A DNA stretch of 64,000 nt, taken from positions 161,528-225,527 of IMG/VR virus record IMGVR_UViG_3300028569_002417; one strand, given 5' to 3'. Of this stretch, positions 10,302-19,910 are shown piece after piece. Each line of letters opens with the position of its first letter. Within the stretch, counting starts at the first letter, position 1. The notes below the pieces were generated by a model that ran no database searches, was not told the DNA's origin, and saw nothing but the letters and a program-made list of their open reading frames with translations. The position numbers were made by a program, and so were the translations under genes.

Positions 10302-10786
10302 TTATTTTTGAAGAAAAAGATGATAGGTTTTATATTGCAGAATCCAAGATAAAGGGTGCTGGTAGGGGAGTTTTTGCTTCTAGGAATATTAAAAAAGACG
10401 AATTTATTTTTATAAGTGGAGTATTAGTTGAAATAGGAAGCGAGTCTGATTCGACTACTTGTTTTATGAATAACTATAAATTTGCTGCTGATCCAAAGTG
10501 GAATGGAAATTCTGTTGATATAGGCAAGTATGTGATATGTCCTTTGGGTTATGCTGCTTTGGTTAATCATAGTAATAGTCGTGAGGAGCAGAATGTTGAG
10601 ATTAGGTATTTGGGTGAGAATTCTAAAAAGAATCATCATGGCAAGGCTGTTTATTGGTTCTTGAGGGATGTTGAAAAGGACGAGGAGATACTTGGAAACT
10701 ATGGACCTATATGGTCAGGTTTCAAGAAGAAGATAAGATGTTATCGTCCTTTTTTCAGGATTGTGGGCAAGAATGGTTCCTTGTGA
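10298..10786 (+). CDS. SET-domain protein-lysine methyltransferase
   Basis: GAGRGVFA, LVNHS, RDVEKDEEILGNYG. Confidence 0.85.
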   Translation: MIIFEEKDDRFYIAESKIKGAGRGVFASRNIKKDEFIFISGVLVEIGSESDSTTCFMNNYKFAADPKWNGNSVDIGKYVICPLGYAALVNHSNSREEQNVEIRYLGENSKKNHHGKAVYWFLRDVEKDEEILGNYGPIWSGFKKKIRCYRPFFRIVGKNGSL

Positions 10787-10915
10787 ACTTTTGAACAGTT
10801 TCGTAGCCATTTTTGCCTTCGATTATTGTTCCCATTTCGGGATGTGCTCCTTGAAGCCAGCGTATTCCGCTTTCTCGAATTGAGCATTTGTATGTGACTA
10901 TTTCGTCGAGGATTT

Positions 10916-11587
10916 TTATCGATGAAGATTTTTGATTCTTTGTTTCAGTTTGCCCATACCCACTTCCGTCAAAACCATAAATCCTAATCCTCTCTGCTGG
11001 CAATACTGGTTGCATGCTGTCCATTTCGCATTATTCCTTGGCAATGTTGTTTGGTTTGCCGGTTTGATTTCCCAAATTTCAATTCTTCCGTCATCGAACA
11101 TAACTTTTAGATCAGGGTTATATTCATGAATATTCCCTTCAAATGTATATTGGACTTTAAGTGGTTCCACTTCATATCCAATAACTTCTGGCATTGCTTC
11201 CAAGCATTCGTAGACATCGCATTCCATCCCTGATCGATAATGCATTTCCTTGCCGCCGTTCTTGTTGGACATCATGTATCCTTCTCTGAACTTCGGCTTG
11301 CGTTGTTTAAGTTTACCAGTTTTTGCGGACTGGTCTTTCCATATAATAGCCTTCATCTGTCCGTTTTTCGGTATATTTTTTTCATGCGGGTGTTTCGCTC
11401 TGTAATGAGTTCGTACACAACGAACGGGACAACCACAACGAGCAAGAGGACATAAAATGTATTCTCTGCCTTCTTCATGAGATTCAATGATATGTGTTTT
11501 ATAGTCTTCAAAATTTTCATGAACAACTCCACACACAAAGCATGTGTATTTTCTTAGGCCATTATCTTTCGGGAATGGTAGCGTCAT
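10916..11587 (-). CDS. TnsA-N/gp4-like PD-(D/E)XK endonuclease with N-terminal C2H2 fingers
   Basis: YRSGMEC, EPLKVQY, YNPDL, EIKP, F.VLTE; CxxC..H..H and CxxxxC..H..H. Confidence 0.75.
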   Translation of the reverse strand: MTLPFPKDNGLRKYTCFVCGVVHENFEDYKTHIIESHEEGREYILCPLARCGCPVRCVRTHYRAKHPHEKNIPKNGQMKAIIWKDQSAKTGKLKQRKPKFREGYMMSNKNGGKEMHYRSGMECDVYECLEAMPEVIGYEVEPLKVQYTFEGNIHEYNPDLKVMFDDGRIEIWEIKPANQTTLPRNNAKWTACNQYCQQRGLGFMVLTEVGMGKLKQRIKNLHR

Positions 11588-12252
11588 AATAATTTCTTTC
11601 TTCCTTCTTTCCATCTTTCAAAATCATGTGGATAATCGAAGTCTTCAGTCCAATCGTCGATATGTGCTACATTTGGATGATATTTTACTTCTTCTATATC
11701 AGTGCATCCTGCCAAGTCAATGATTTCTTTATTTGTGAGCTTGGCCATGAGGTGATAATTCGACAGTCTCATGATCTTTTTTTCAATAATTTCATCGATA
11801 TAATTTGATATTATTTTATTCATATCTTTTTTGAAAGACAGGGCGAATGTTTCTTTATATTCGCATCCTGTGAAGCTTGATGGTGACAATCTGGCAACCC
11901 ATCTCCAATCTAGTTCGTGATTAAAAATAAGATCAATTGCATTATCGGTGTAGTAGGCATCACCAGCCATGAGAACAGTTTCGCTGTCATTTGACCAAAG
12001 GAATTCTGAAGATTTGAAAATTGAACAATCTTCCCAATTTGGGTCTTGATGTGGTATTAGTAAATTGCATCCTTCAATTTTATATTTTTCATCAGATCCT
12101 ACGATGTGAATGTCGTTGGTGTATTTTTTAACTTGTCGAACAATTCTTTCGATTAAAATTTCGCCTTCTATTTCAATGAAATGTTTTTTAACACAGAGAT
12201 AATTATCCCATCTCTTTCCGTCTCCTCCAGCTTGTATTATGATTCTTTTCAT
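11584..12252 (-). CDS. Nucleotidyltransferase (NTP_transf/LicC-like)
   Basis: IIIQAGGDGKRW...KHFIEIEGEILIER, AGDAYY, DFDYPHD. Confidence 0.75.
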   Translation of the reverse strand: MKRIIIQAGGDGKRWDNYLCVKKHFIEIEGEILIERIVRQVKKYTNDIHIVGSDEKYKIEGCNLLIPHQDPNWEDCSIFKSSEFLWSNDSETVLMAGDAYYTDNAIDLIFNHELDWRWVARLSPSSFTGCEYKETFALSFKKDMNKIISNYIDEIIEKKIMRLSNYHLMAKLTNKEIIDLAGCTDIEEVKYHPNVAHIDDWTEDFDYPHDFERWKEGRKKLL

Positions 12253-12641
12253 TTTTTCTTTGATTTCTTTTTGGAGAATTTTATCATATTATCAACAGCT
12301 TCTTCACGGGTGCAGACACTGATTTTCGGTAGATCTTTGATTCCGAATACACTTTCTGTTGATCTTTCTGGATCATTACTTAAAAATTTAATTAAATTAA
12401 ATGCAGGAAATCGTGCTTCTTGACGAAATCCGGGCATCATTGGGTCATCTTCAGTGTCCGTTTTTAGTTTCGCAAATACAACCCTGCTGTCTTCAGGAGC
12501 TCCGAAGTAGTCATCTCCTTTTTTGAAGAAAAGTATCAATTCGTGTTTGTCTAGAAGGTCGTTCATTGAATCAATATTTTCAAGATGGATATCCCAGCGA
12601 TCCATTAAGTCACGAAATGATGAAAAAGCAGGATATTTCAT
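12249..12641 (-). CDS. Hypothetical protein
   Basis: GAGGA RBS; 130 aa. Confidence 0.6.
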   Translation of the reverse strand: MKYPAFSSFRDLMDRWDIHLENIDSMNDLLDKHELILFFKKGDDYFGAPEDSRVVFAKLKTDTEDDPMMPGFRQEARFPAFNLIKFLSNDPERSTESVFGIKDLPKISVCTREEAVDNMIKFSKKKSKKK

Positions 12642-12684
12642 TTTTTTTATTCCTCATATGGTCTTTCAATACATATATAGAATT

Positions 12685-13140
12685 ATGCGGTACAGTTTGA
12701 GTGGATTTAAGAAATTCTTTGAAGAGATGGACCCATCTCAAGAGAAAGATATTTCATCTAGCGGAGGCGGTAAAAAGCAAGATTATTGGGATTCATTGGA
12801 AGACGAAGAAAAGCTGACATGGGATGATATTAAGAATACATTCCAGTCAGAGCCATGGGTTTCATCTCACTTCCCTCTTGGTCAGGGAAAGAAAGAAATT
12901 AAATATAAGTTGCAACCATGGAAGATTGTGAAGGGTTCAATGGGGCCATCAGGAGCAGATATAGAACTTATTCATAACCAAAACGATAAGAGTTATTTGA
13001 AGGGAAATAAATTAAATAAAGGTTATAGAGACACAAAGCGATATTTTGTAAAGAGAAAAGATTTACAGGATTTCCAGACAGGTGGTTGGCAACCAGCAGT
13101 TCAGGGAGCAGCAGGAGGCGGTGGCGCTCCACCGATGTAG
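12685..13140 (+). CDS. Hypothetical protein, capsid-targeting-like N-terminus
   Basis: TATATA 5 nt before ATG; MRYSLSGFKKFFEE. Confidence 0.6.
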   Translation: MRYSLSGFKKFFEEMDPSQEKDISSSGGGKKQDYWDSLEDEEKLTWDDIKNTFQSEPWVSSHFPLGQGKKEIKYKLQPWKIVKGSMGPSGADIELIHNQNDKSYLKGNKLNKGYRDTKRYFVKRKDLQDFQTGGWQPAVQGAAGGGGAPPM

Positions 13141-13141
13141 T

Positions 13142-13315
13142 ATGAAATTTAGTGAATGGATTAAATTAAGAGAAGTTGGAACAAGCACAGCTAGTGTTGC
13201 GAATGTTCCCATGAGACTCTTTGGTGGTGCTGTGCAAAGGATGTACCCAGAGCCAGTCATTATCGGTGGAAGAGAAGTTAAACATAAGAAAAAGAAGAAA
13301 GATCATAATTCTTAA
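13142..13315 (+). CDS. Small basic protein, capsid-targeting-like N-terminus
   Basis: MKFSEWIKLRE. Confidence 0.55.
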   Translation: MKFSEWIKLREVGTSTASVANVPMRLFGGAVQRMYPEPVIIGGREVKHKKKKKDHNS

Positions 13316-13328
13316 TGAAAGGTAAATC

Positions 13329-13748
13329 ATGAATTACACAATGCGCTACACACAATATTTATCTGGCATCTTGTCAGAAGCTGATTTTCATGAAATGAGC
13401 CCTGATCAAATGTCCAATGCGGCTGCACCAATGGCTCCTCAAATGGGTGGTCCTTCTCCAGTTGTTGATGATCAGGGTCTTGGTGATGATCAGGGTCTTG
13501 GTGATGATCAGGGTCTTGGTGATGCACAAGGTGGTTCAGAACCAATTGCGGGGCTTTCTAATACTACTAAAGGTCTTTTGGATAGATTGATTGCTCAGTT
13601 GTCAGCAGCTAAGAATTTACAACCAGTTGCTTCTCAAGAAATTCTTAATCGATTTATGAAAGCGTTGCCAAATCTTAAACGTGATAAATCACTTGCAACA
13701 GTTCAAAATCGTTTCAAACCACTCAAACCATTCAAACCACTACAGTAA
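13329..13748 (+). CDS. Hypothetical protein with DDQGLG repeats
   Basis: AAGGT RBS; 3 x 18-nt repeat at 13467-13520. Confidence 0.6.
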   Translation: MNYTMRYTQYLSGILSEADFHEMSPDQMSNAAAPMAPQMGGPSPVVDDQGLGDDQGLGDDQGLGDAQGGSEPIAGLSNTTKGLLDRLIAQLSAAKNLQPVASQEILNRFMKALPNLKRDKSLATVQNRFKPLKPFKPLQ

Positions 13749-13827
13749 TCATTTAGAGATTACCGTCTTTACAGTTGAAATCAATTAGTTTATAATTTGA
13801 CAGGATCACATTTCAAGAGGTTCTGTC

Positions 13828-14736
13828 ATGTCTGACATTATGGATTCTGTTGTCAATAAGACAATTAATTGCCTTGATAAAGGGCATGTGACTCTAGTCG
13901 ATGTAATGCCAAGGAATGTTCCTGAAGGTAAAACTGCTGATTATGCCATTGTTCAGGCTGCGAGAGTAAGCTATGGAGATGGAACTAAAACTGTCAATGA
14001 AGACCGTGGACTTATTCGTTACCTTCTCAGGCACCAACATACCACTCCATTAGAAATGGTAACCCTGAAATTTCATTGCAAGATGCCTATCTTTGTTTGC
14101 CGTCAATGGGCAAGGCACCGTATGAGTTCAACAAATGAAATTTCAGGTCGTTATTCGGTTATGAAAGACGAATTTTATTTTCCTCAGGCCACTGATCTAA
14201 GATCCCAGTCTCAAATAAATAAACAAGGTGGAGAAGGCACTGTTGAGGAAATAACAGCTAACTATTCAGCAGGTAAAATTGCCGATAATTGCAATTCAGC
14301 TTATGATTTTTATGAATATATGATTCATGCAGGTGTTTCAAGAGAACAGGCAAGAATGGTTCTCCCTCTCAACTTATACACAGAATTTTATTGGAAAATT
14401 GATCTTCACAATCTTTTTCACTTTTTGGCGCTAAGAGCAGATAGCCATGCCCAAAAGGAAATCAGAGTTTATGCAGAAGCAATTATTGAGATTTTACGCC
14501 AAATTGTTCCAGTAGCACTTGAAGCATGGGAAGATTATCATCCTATGCGTGGAGCAATAAAACTCACAAGACTCGAAACAGAAGCACTAAAAAGCTACAT
14601 CCAGAAATTTCAATCTTTTGCTCATGCCGAATTCCAACATGTTGTCAGCGACAACAAGCGTGAACAGTCTGAATGGATTGAGAAAGCCAAGATTCTTGGA
14701 ATCAATGTTCCTCCGATAAAACAGAATGAGGCTTAG
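13828..14736 (+). CDS. thyX: FAD-dependent thymidylate synthase
   Basis: AARVSY, HTTPLE, RQWARHRMSSTNEISGRY, REQARMVLP, HAQKEIR. Confidence 0.97.
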   Translation: MSDIMDSVVNKTINCLDKGHVTLVDVMPRNVPEGKTADYAIVQAARVSYGDGTKTVNEDRGLIRYLLRHQHTTPLEMVTLKFHCKMPIFVCRQWARHRMSSTNEISGRYSVMKDEFYFPQATDLRSQSQINKQGGEGTVEEITANYSAGKIADNCNSAYDFYEYMIHAGVSREQARMVLPLNLYTEFYWKIDLHNLFHFLALRADSHAQKEIRVYAEAIIEILRQIVPVALEAWEDYHPMRGAIKLTRLETEALKSYIQKFQSFAHAEFQHVVSDNKREQSEWIEKAKILGINVPPIKQNEA

Positions 14737-14829
14737 GATCAACTAATTGAAAGCCATGACTGGCTATGATTTGTAATGTTAGAACAATCATTGTGATCAT
14801 GGCTTTCTCCCTTGTGGACATTATAACAG

Positions 14830-16221
14830 ATGAAAAGCATTTTGCAATTTCTCGAAAGTGATAAAAAAGGCCAAACTCTTAATATTGGAGTAATTGGCGA
14901 TGCAATGATTGATGAATACTATGATGTTAAAATTAAAAGAATAAGTCCTGAATGCCCAATTCCCATCATGCATAGCAAAGAACATGAACCAAAAATTCTT
15001 CCCGGCGGAGCCGCAAATGTCGTTCATCAATTCAAGAATTTTAATGCTAAAGTCAATCTTGGTTGCTTGTTAGATTATAAAGCGAAAAGTATATTTGAAG
15101 ATGCAAGAATCAATACTGATTATTCAGTAAATATTGCTCATGATATTTCTAGAAAGAGAAGATATTACAGCGAACATATTCAGGTTGCAAGAATTGATAT
15201 AGAAAAAAATAATTATGGTTTTAATGATGATGATTTGTTCTTAAAAACCGAATCTTTGTTTGATAAATTTGTTTTGAATGATTTTCAGGCTGTTATATTT
15301 TCAGATTATGGCAAAGGAATATTTAATTTTTTCAAAAATGAATATCTTAAAAAATTCCCAATCACAGTTGTTGATCCAAAAAATGGTGATTTGACTCGTT
15401 GGCGTGGATGTACTGTTCTGAAACCAAATCAAGAAGAAGCATTGAAATTAAGTGGTAAAGATAATGTTCGTGATGCTGGTCTTTATTTATCAGAATTATT
15501 GGAATGTTCTGTTGTCATTACTCAGGCAGCACAAGGAATTAGTGTTTTTGAAAAAGGTGGAATAACTGAGATAAGACCAACAGTAAGTCCTGCTGTTGCC
15601 GAATCTGTAATTGGCGCTGGAGATGCCTTTATAACATTCTTGACAATGGCAATGTGTAGGGGATTTTCTCTTCAAGAATCTGCTGATATTGCATTTAAGG
15701 CTGGAACATTATACGTTTTGAATAAGCATAACAAACCTTTAGATAGATTTTCCATTATTCACTCTATTGATTCAATTGGTGCAAAGGTTATACCTTATGA
15801 TGAAACTAATATGTTTTGCAATAGAGATTATAAATTGGTTTTTACTAATGGCTGTTTTGATATCATGCATATGGGGCATATTGATTGCTTGAAATTTGCC
15901 AAATTACAAGGCGACAAACTTATGGTTGGATTGAATTCAGACGAGAGTGTCTCAAGATTAAAGCCCGGAAGACCGATCATGTCGGTTAAGGATCGTGCCT
16001 CTGTTCTTGCAGCATGTGAATATGTTGATTATATTGTTGTTTTTGATGATGACACACCATTAGAACTTATCAAAAAGATCAGTCCTGATGTTTTAGTAAA
16101 GGGTGCAGATTATAAGGAAGAAGATGTTGTTGGTTATGGAATTGTCCCAGAAATAAAAAGATGTCCTCTTGTGGAAGGCATCAGCACAACAAACATTATT
16201 GAAAAAATTAAAAAACTTTAG
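14830..16221 (+). CDS. hldE: Bifunctional heptose-7-P kinase / heptose-1-P adenylyltransferase
   Basis: GDAMIDEY..RISPECP, PGGAANV, SDYGKG, GAGD (PfkB); FTNGCFDIMHMGH, GLNSDESV, VKGADY. Confidence 0.92.
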   Translation: MKSILQFLESDKKGQTLNIGVIGDAMIDEYYDVKIKRISPECPIPIMHSKEHEPKILPGGAANVVHQFKNFNAKVNLGCLLDYKAKSIFEDARINTDYSVNIAHDISRKRRYYSEHIQVARIDIEKNNYGFNDDDLFLKTESLFDKFVLNDFQAVIFSDYGKGIFNFFKNEYLKKFPITVVDPKNGDLTRWRGCTVLKPNQEEALKLSGKDNVRDAGLYLSELLECSVVITQAAQGISVFEKGGITEIRPTVSPAVAESVIGAGDAFITFLTMAMCRGFSLQESADIAFKAGTLYVLNKHNKPLDRFSIIHSIDSIGAKVIPYDETNMFCNRDYKLVFTNGCFDIMHMGHIDCLKFAKLQGDKLMVGLNSDESVSRLKPGRPIMSVKDRASVLAACEYVDYIVVFDDDTPLELIKKISPDVLVKGADYKEEDVVGYGIVPEIKRCPLVEGISTTNIIEKIKKL

Positions 16222-17477
16222 CGTCTCCTTCTTCTTTTCAGATTATCTTCTGCTTGTTCAATTGTCAAAACACCAGAAAGAACTAGAAGCTGCTCACTCA
16301 TGTTCAAGCCGGGATGGAATCTTCTTTCTAATTTGGAGCCTTGAGTAAGGCCTGTGCTAATTGACGTTGCGTCATCAGGATTGACATTTACAATACCTCC
16401 TGACAACATAGTATCAAATTTGGTGTCACCAGTTTGAGGCATCGTTGTTCTTGTATTTGCTTGATCCGCTCCTGCTTTTAATTCTTTCACAATCATGGCA
16501 TTTTTTGCAATATAATTTGCAACATCTTGTGGGCTTGCGGTTTTTGCATTAGGTAGTTTTTCTTCAGGAATGTTGTCTCTAAACATCTTCAAAATTGGTT
16601 GTTGATTTTTTGCAAGTGAACCTTTGACAGGTTTATTTTTTTCATCTCTTTCCATGGTTGCTGTTTGAGTGTTTTCATTGCCCAATAGTCTCAAAACATG
16701 TTGTGAAACTTGTTCTTCACTTAAATCAAATAGATTGCTTTTTGCATCGCCACCTTCTGATGGAACTGACCCTTTTTCTGCGGCAATAGCTAAATGTACT
16801 GCTTTCAATGACTTTAGGGCGCTTGGCAAACCACTTATTATTTTTGCGCTAATTTGTTGATCTGGATTAAAACAACAGAATTGTGACCATCTATGATGTC
16901 CATCAATGATATGATATTTGTCTCCGACTTTTGAAACTATTATAGCTCCAGCAGCATTAGGGTTTGTTCCCTTGAGCATATCTGGCGTGCTTCCGTATTG
17001 GTCTTTTATTCCGGCATCAACTGAATTTTCTAGAAAAACTTCTGCTTGGGTTGGAACAACTGATCTAATACTAACATTTGCACTTGTTACTGATAGCTTA
17101 TCATTTTCGGAACCATCTTTAATTGTGGCTTGAAATTTTGGATTTGATATATACTTGTTAAGCTGTGACCAAAAGTTTCCTAAGTCGGTGCCATCATTCA
17201 TCATATTCTTGAGAATTTCTAAATATTTTGGGTCAGCAGGTGCTTTTCCATAACCGCTGACAGAAGAACCGGCAGGTTGATTATTTGGTTGATTAATTGT
17301 TAGTGGGTTTGCATTAGCGGTAGAGGCTTTATTGGAAGTATTAGTGCCTGTAAAACTATATCCACTTGGAACAGAGCCGCTATTGTTTGGAATTTGGGTT
17401 ATTGGCCCCTGCATAGATTGATTGTTTATTTCCTCTTCTTCTTTCATTTGCTGATAAAACTCAAAAAATGTCTTCAT
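16218..17477 (-). CDS. ParB/Srx-like domain protein with capsid-targeting-like N-terminus
   Basis: VPTQ...IIDGHHRW; MKTFFEFYQQMKEE. Confidence 0.6.
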   Translation of the reverse strand: MKTFFEFYQQMKEEEEINNQSMQGPITQIPNNSGSVPSGYSFTGTNTSNKASTANANPLTINQPNNQPAGSSVSGYGKAPADPKYLEILKNMMNDGTDLGNFWSQLNKYISNPKFQATIKDGSENDKLSVTSANVSIRSVVPTQAEVFLENSVDAGIKDQYGSTPDMLKGTNPNAAGAIIVSKVGDKYHIIDGHHRWSQFCCFNPDQQISAKIISGLPSALKSLKAVHLAIAAEKGSVPSEGGDAKSNLFDLSEEQVSQHVLRLLGNENTQTATMERDEKNKPVKGSLAKNQQPILKMFRDNIPEEKLPNAKTASPQDVANYIAKNAMIVKELKAGADQANTRTTMPQTGDTKFDTMLSGGIVNVNPDDATSISTGLTQGSKLERRFHPGLNMSEQLLVLSGVLTIEQAEDNLKRRRRR

Positions 17478-17489
17478 ATTATTTTCCTT

Positions 17490-17720
17490 TTATTTGCAAA
17501 AACAGTCTGTTTTTCCACATGATTCGCAGCAAGTGCAAAGATCGCAGCAAGAACCTTTTAATTCACAGCAACCTTCAACAGCACAACAGGAACAACCACA
17601 TTGGCAAATGCATTTTTCGCACAAGCATTTTGTAGATGATTTTACAAAACCAGCGCAAATAAAACCTGTAATTATAATTACAGCAATTGCTCCAAGTAAC
17701 GAATCAATCCAATTAGACAT
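17490..17720 (-). CDS. Membrane-anchored Cys-rich metallothionein-like protein
   Basis: Hydrophobic N-terminus then dense CxC/CC clusters; AAGGAG RBS. Confidence 0.55.
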   Translation of the reverse strand: MSNWIDSLLGAIAVIIITGFICAGFVKSSTKCLCEKCICQCGCSCCAVEGCCELKGSCCDLCTCCESCGKTDCFCK

Positions 17721-17772
17721 GTTTGCTCCTTTAATATATAATTATTTAGGCTATTACAGTTATAATTACATT

Positions 17773-18024
17773 ATGAGTAAGAAAAAAATTAACAAAAAAT
17801 ATGTTAAGTTGTCTTATGGAAAATGCCCTTCTTGACTGCCACAAAATAATCGAAGGAAACAAGAAGGAAGGACCGGGTTATGTGAAAGAAAATGTAGTTG
17901 TTTGCTGCGCTCTTTGTCACAGAAAATACATGCAAATATAATTAAAATCGATAGATATTACACAACAACTTTAGGAAAACAGATTTTGCACTATTGGCTC
18001 GATGGAGTTGAACATTGGGATTGA
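17773..18024 (+). pseudogene. Frameshifted HNH endonuclease remnant
   Basis: Three frames join to MSKKKINKK..GKC / LDCHKIIEG..GYVKENVVVCCALCHR / IHANIIKIDRYY..HYWLDGVEHWD. Confidence 0.65.
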
Positions 18025-18034
18025 TATATAGATC

Positions 18035-18223
18035 ATGCTTACTTTTCAACAATTTCTAGAATCTAGAAAAAGTGCCACAGGAACTTTTGGAATGGGTACT
18101 GGACAGAGTCCAGCAAAAATCATGGCCAGAGGAGCAGTTAGTCCTGCAAGTCCTACTCGTCCAAAATATCATGGATTAAGTGTTGCAAAATCTTATCCTG
18201 TTGCTAAAATTGGTAAGGTTTGA
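18035..18223 (+). CDS. Small basic protein, capsid-targeting-like N-terminus
   Basis: TATATA 4 nt before ATG; MLTFQQFLES. Confidence 0.6.
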   Translation: MLTFQQFLESRKSATGTFGMGTGQSPAKIMARGAVSPASPTRPKYHGLSVAKSYPVAKIGKV

Positions 18224-18253
18224 TCGGTAATGGCTAAAGATAGAGGGTTTTTT

Positions 18254-18664
18254 ATGCGTACATTTCATGAGTTTTGCGAGATTAAGAAAAATATTTTGAA
18301 TGAATCTGATCTGGATCATTATGCACAAATTAGTGATGAAGCATTAGATAATGCTTACCATTATGGGCGTTCAAAGCCGGGCACTTTTGGCTACGAAGCC
18401 AACAAGGGAAGTGCTAAGTTTGCTTTAGATCTAATGAAAACAGGCGAGACAGATATAGAAATGATTGCAGATGCTATCCACAAAGGCTGGGCAAGTGTCG
18501 CAACTACATACGATGATCCAATTTACGCTGTCAAGCCTGAGAAAAAAGCCAATAGATTAAATTTGGCTGATACACATTATAGTCAGCTTTCTGAAGAAGA
18601 AAAAGAAAAGGATAGAGTTGTCGCAAGAGCGTTGTTACAGGCCTATCAAGCAGAAAATGAATGA
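18254..18664 (+). CDS. RyR-repeat-like domain protein
   Basis: IHKGW...YSQLSEEEKEKDRVVA; N-terminus MRTFHEFCE. Confidence 0.6.
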   Translation: MRTFHEFCEIKKNILNESDLDHYAQISDEALDNAYHYGRSKPGTFGYEANKGSAKFALDLMKTGETDIEMIADAIHKGWASVATTYDDPIYAVKPEKKANRLNLADTHYSQLSEEEKEKDRVVARALLQAYQAENE

Positions 18665-18695
18665 TGGAATTAATATACAGGCACTATGTTAAGGC

Positions 18696-19289
18696 ATGGC
18701 TGTATCAAGTATTGGAAACGGACTTACTGTTGTAATTGAATGTGATTTTTTACCACATCATGAGTGGATGTCCTTTCTGGCATATTGGTCACTTAAAAAT
18801 AACTTGCCAGAAGCAAAAGTGATAGTTACATGTGTCAGAAGGGACATGAATATTGATATATTAAATTGGCCAAGGAAGTGTAACGTCCCAATTCTCTTCC
18901 ACAAGCCAATGGATCAAGATAATCTTAGTCATTTTGTTGCAACTCATCCAAAAATAAAGGTAACACAAGATTTTGTCTTTATAAAACCTACAATTGTTTT
19001 TCTTCGTGATTTTGAAGAATCTTCTACAAATCCTGATGTTTTTGAAAGAGGAAAAAATATTTCTGAAATACAAGGAATTGTCTCAAAAATAAATTCTGAA
19101 AATCCTACCATTTGCTGTGATTATTCTGAAGGATGGGGTAAGTTTGTGACTTCAGATTGGATAAATAAAAAAAGCATACCCTTCTCGTCAGTTAATTTTG
19201 TCGATGCAGATATGAGCTTAAACGAGAATAGGCTTGCTAGGCTTTGGAAGTCAGCTACGAAAATATACCCAAGTGTATCAAGGGGATAA
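18696..19289 (+). CDS. Hypothetical protein
   Basis: 197-aa ORF. Confidence 0.6.
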   Translation: MAVSSIGNGLTVVIECDFLPHHEWMSFLAYWSLKNNLPEAKVIVTCVRRDMNIDILNWPRKCNVPILFHKPMDQDNLSHFVATHPKIKVTQDFVFIKPTIVFLRDFEESSTNPDVFERGKNISEIQGIVSKINSENPTICCDYSEGWGKFVTSDWINKKSIPFSSVNFVDADMSLNENRLARLWKSATKIYPSVSRG

Positions 19290-19290
19290 A

Positions 19291-19569
19291 ATGAGACATT
19301 TCAATTACGACGACAATGATGAATTTCACGAAGACATTGATAAGTTTTTCGATAATGAAGATTCAGGCGGCTATGACGATCTCATTAAAGAAGAATTTGC
19401 TCTTCAAGAAGCAAGACTTGATGTTCAACATCGTGAAATCAACTATAAGATGATGAGAACAGCAATCAGGTTTTGTGAAAAAACTTTTCTTTGGTCTTTT
19501 TATTCAATACCTACTCGTTTGAAGATGATCTCTGAAACTTATAAAAGACTTCGCAAATTAGAGGAATGA
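19291..19569 (+). CDS. Hypothetical protein
   Basis: AGGGG RBS, ATG 19291. Confidence 0.6.
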   Translation: MRHFNYDDNDEFHEDIDKFFDNEDSGGYDDLIKEEFALQEARLDVQHREINYKMMRTAIRFCEKTFLWSFYSIPTRLKMISETYKRLRKLEE

Positions 19570-19570
19570 A

Positions 19571-19906
19571 ATGCCAACTTATCAGTTTTCCTGTAAACAA
19601 TGCAATACCGTTTATGAGGAACTTTGTTCACATGATCCTAAGGGCAAATATAAAGGCGTTATTTGCCCAAAATGTAAAAGTAAATCAAAAACAAAATTGA
19701 TGTCAGCTTGTAGTTATCAATTTTCAAACCCAGAAGGTACTGATCGCTGGAATAACGAATCCAGCGGTCATGATTATAGATTCAATCATAATTTGCCCAA
19801 GGTTCTGTCAGAAAGACAACGTGCCGAAGAAGCTGGTAAAAATCCAAATCCCTATAATAATATCAATGATATTGCTAATAATGACGCTTGGGGCGATGTT
19901 AAGTAA
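19571..19906 (+). CDS. FmdB-family zinc-ribbon protein
   Basis: MPTYQFSCKQC...CPKC. Confidence 0.8.
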   Translation: MPTYQFSCKQCNTVYEELCSHDPKGKYKGVICPKCKSKSKTKLMSACSYQFSNPEGTDRWNNESSGHDYRFNHNLPKVLSERQRAEEAGKNPNPYNNINDIANNDAWGDVK

Positions 19907-19910
19907 TTAT

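Noticed and set aside
10755-11024. 89-aa minus-strand ORF
   Set aside because: Overlaps two better-supported genes and has no clear start; may be a fragment but cannot be supported
10916-11587. Tn7-like transposon suggested by the TnsA-like gene
   Set aside because: No tnsB/tnsC or transposon ends; the fold is common in phage nucleases
8348-13520. 18-nt tandem repeats at 8348 and 13467 as mini-CRISPRs
   Set aside because: No spacers; they are in-frame coding repeats
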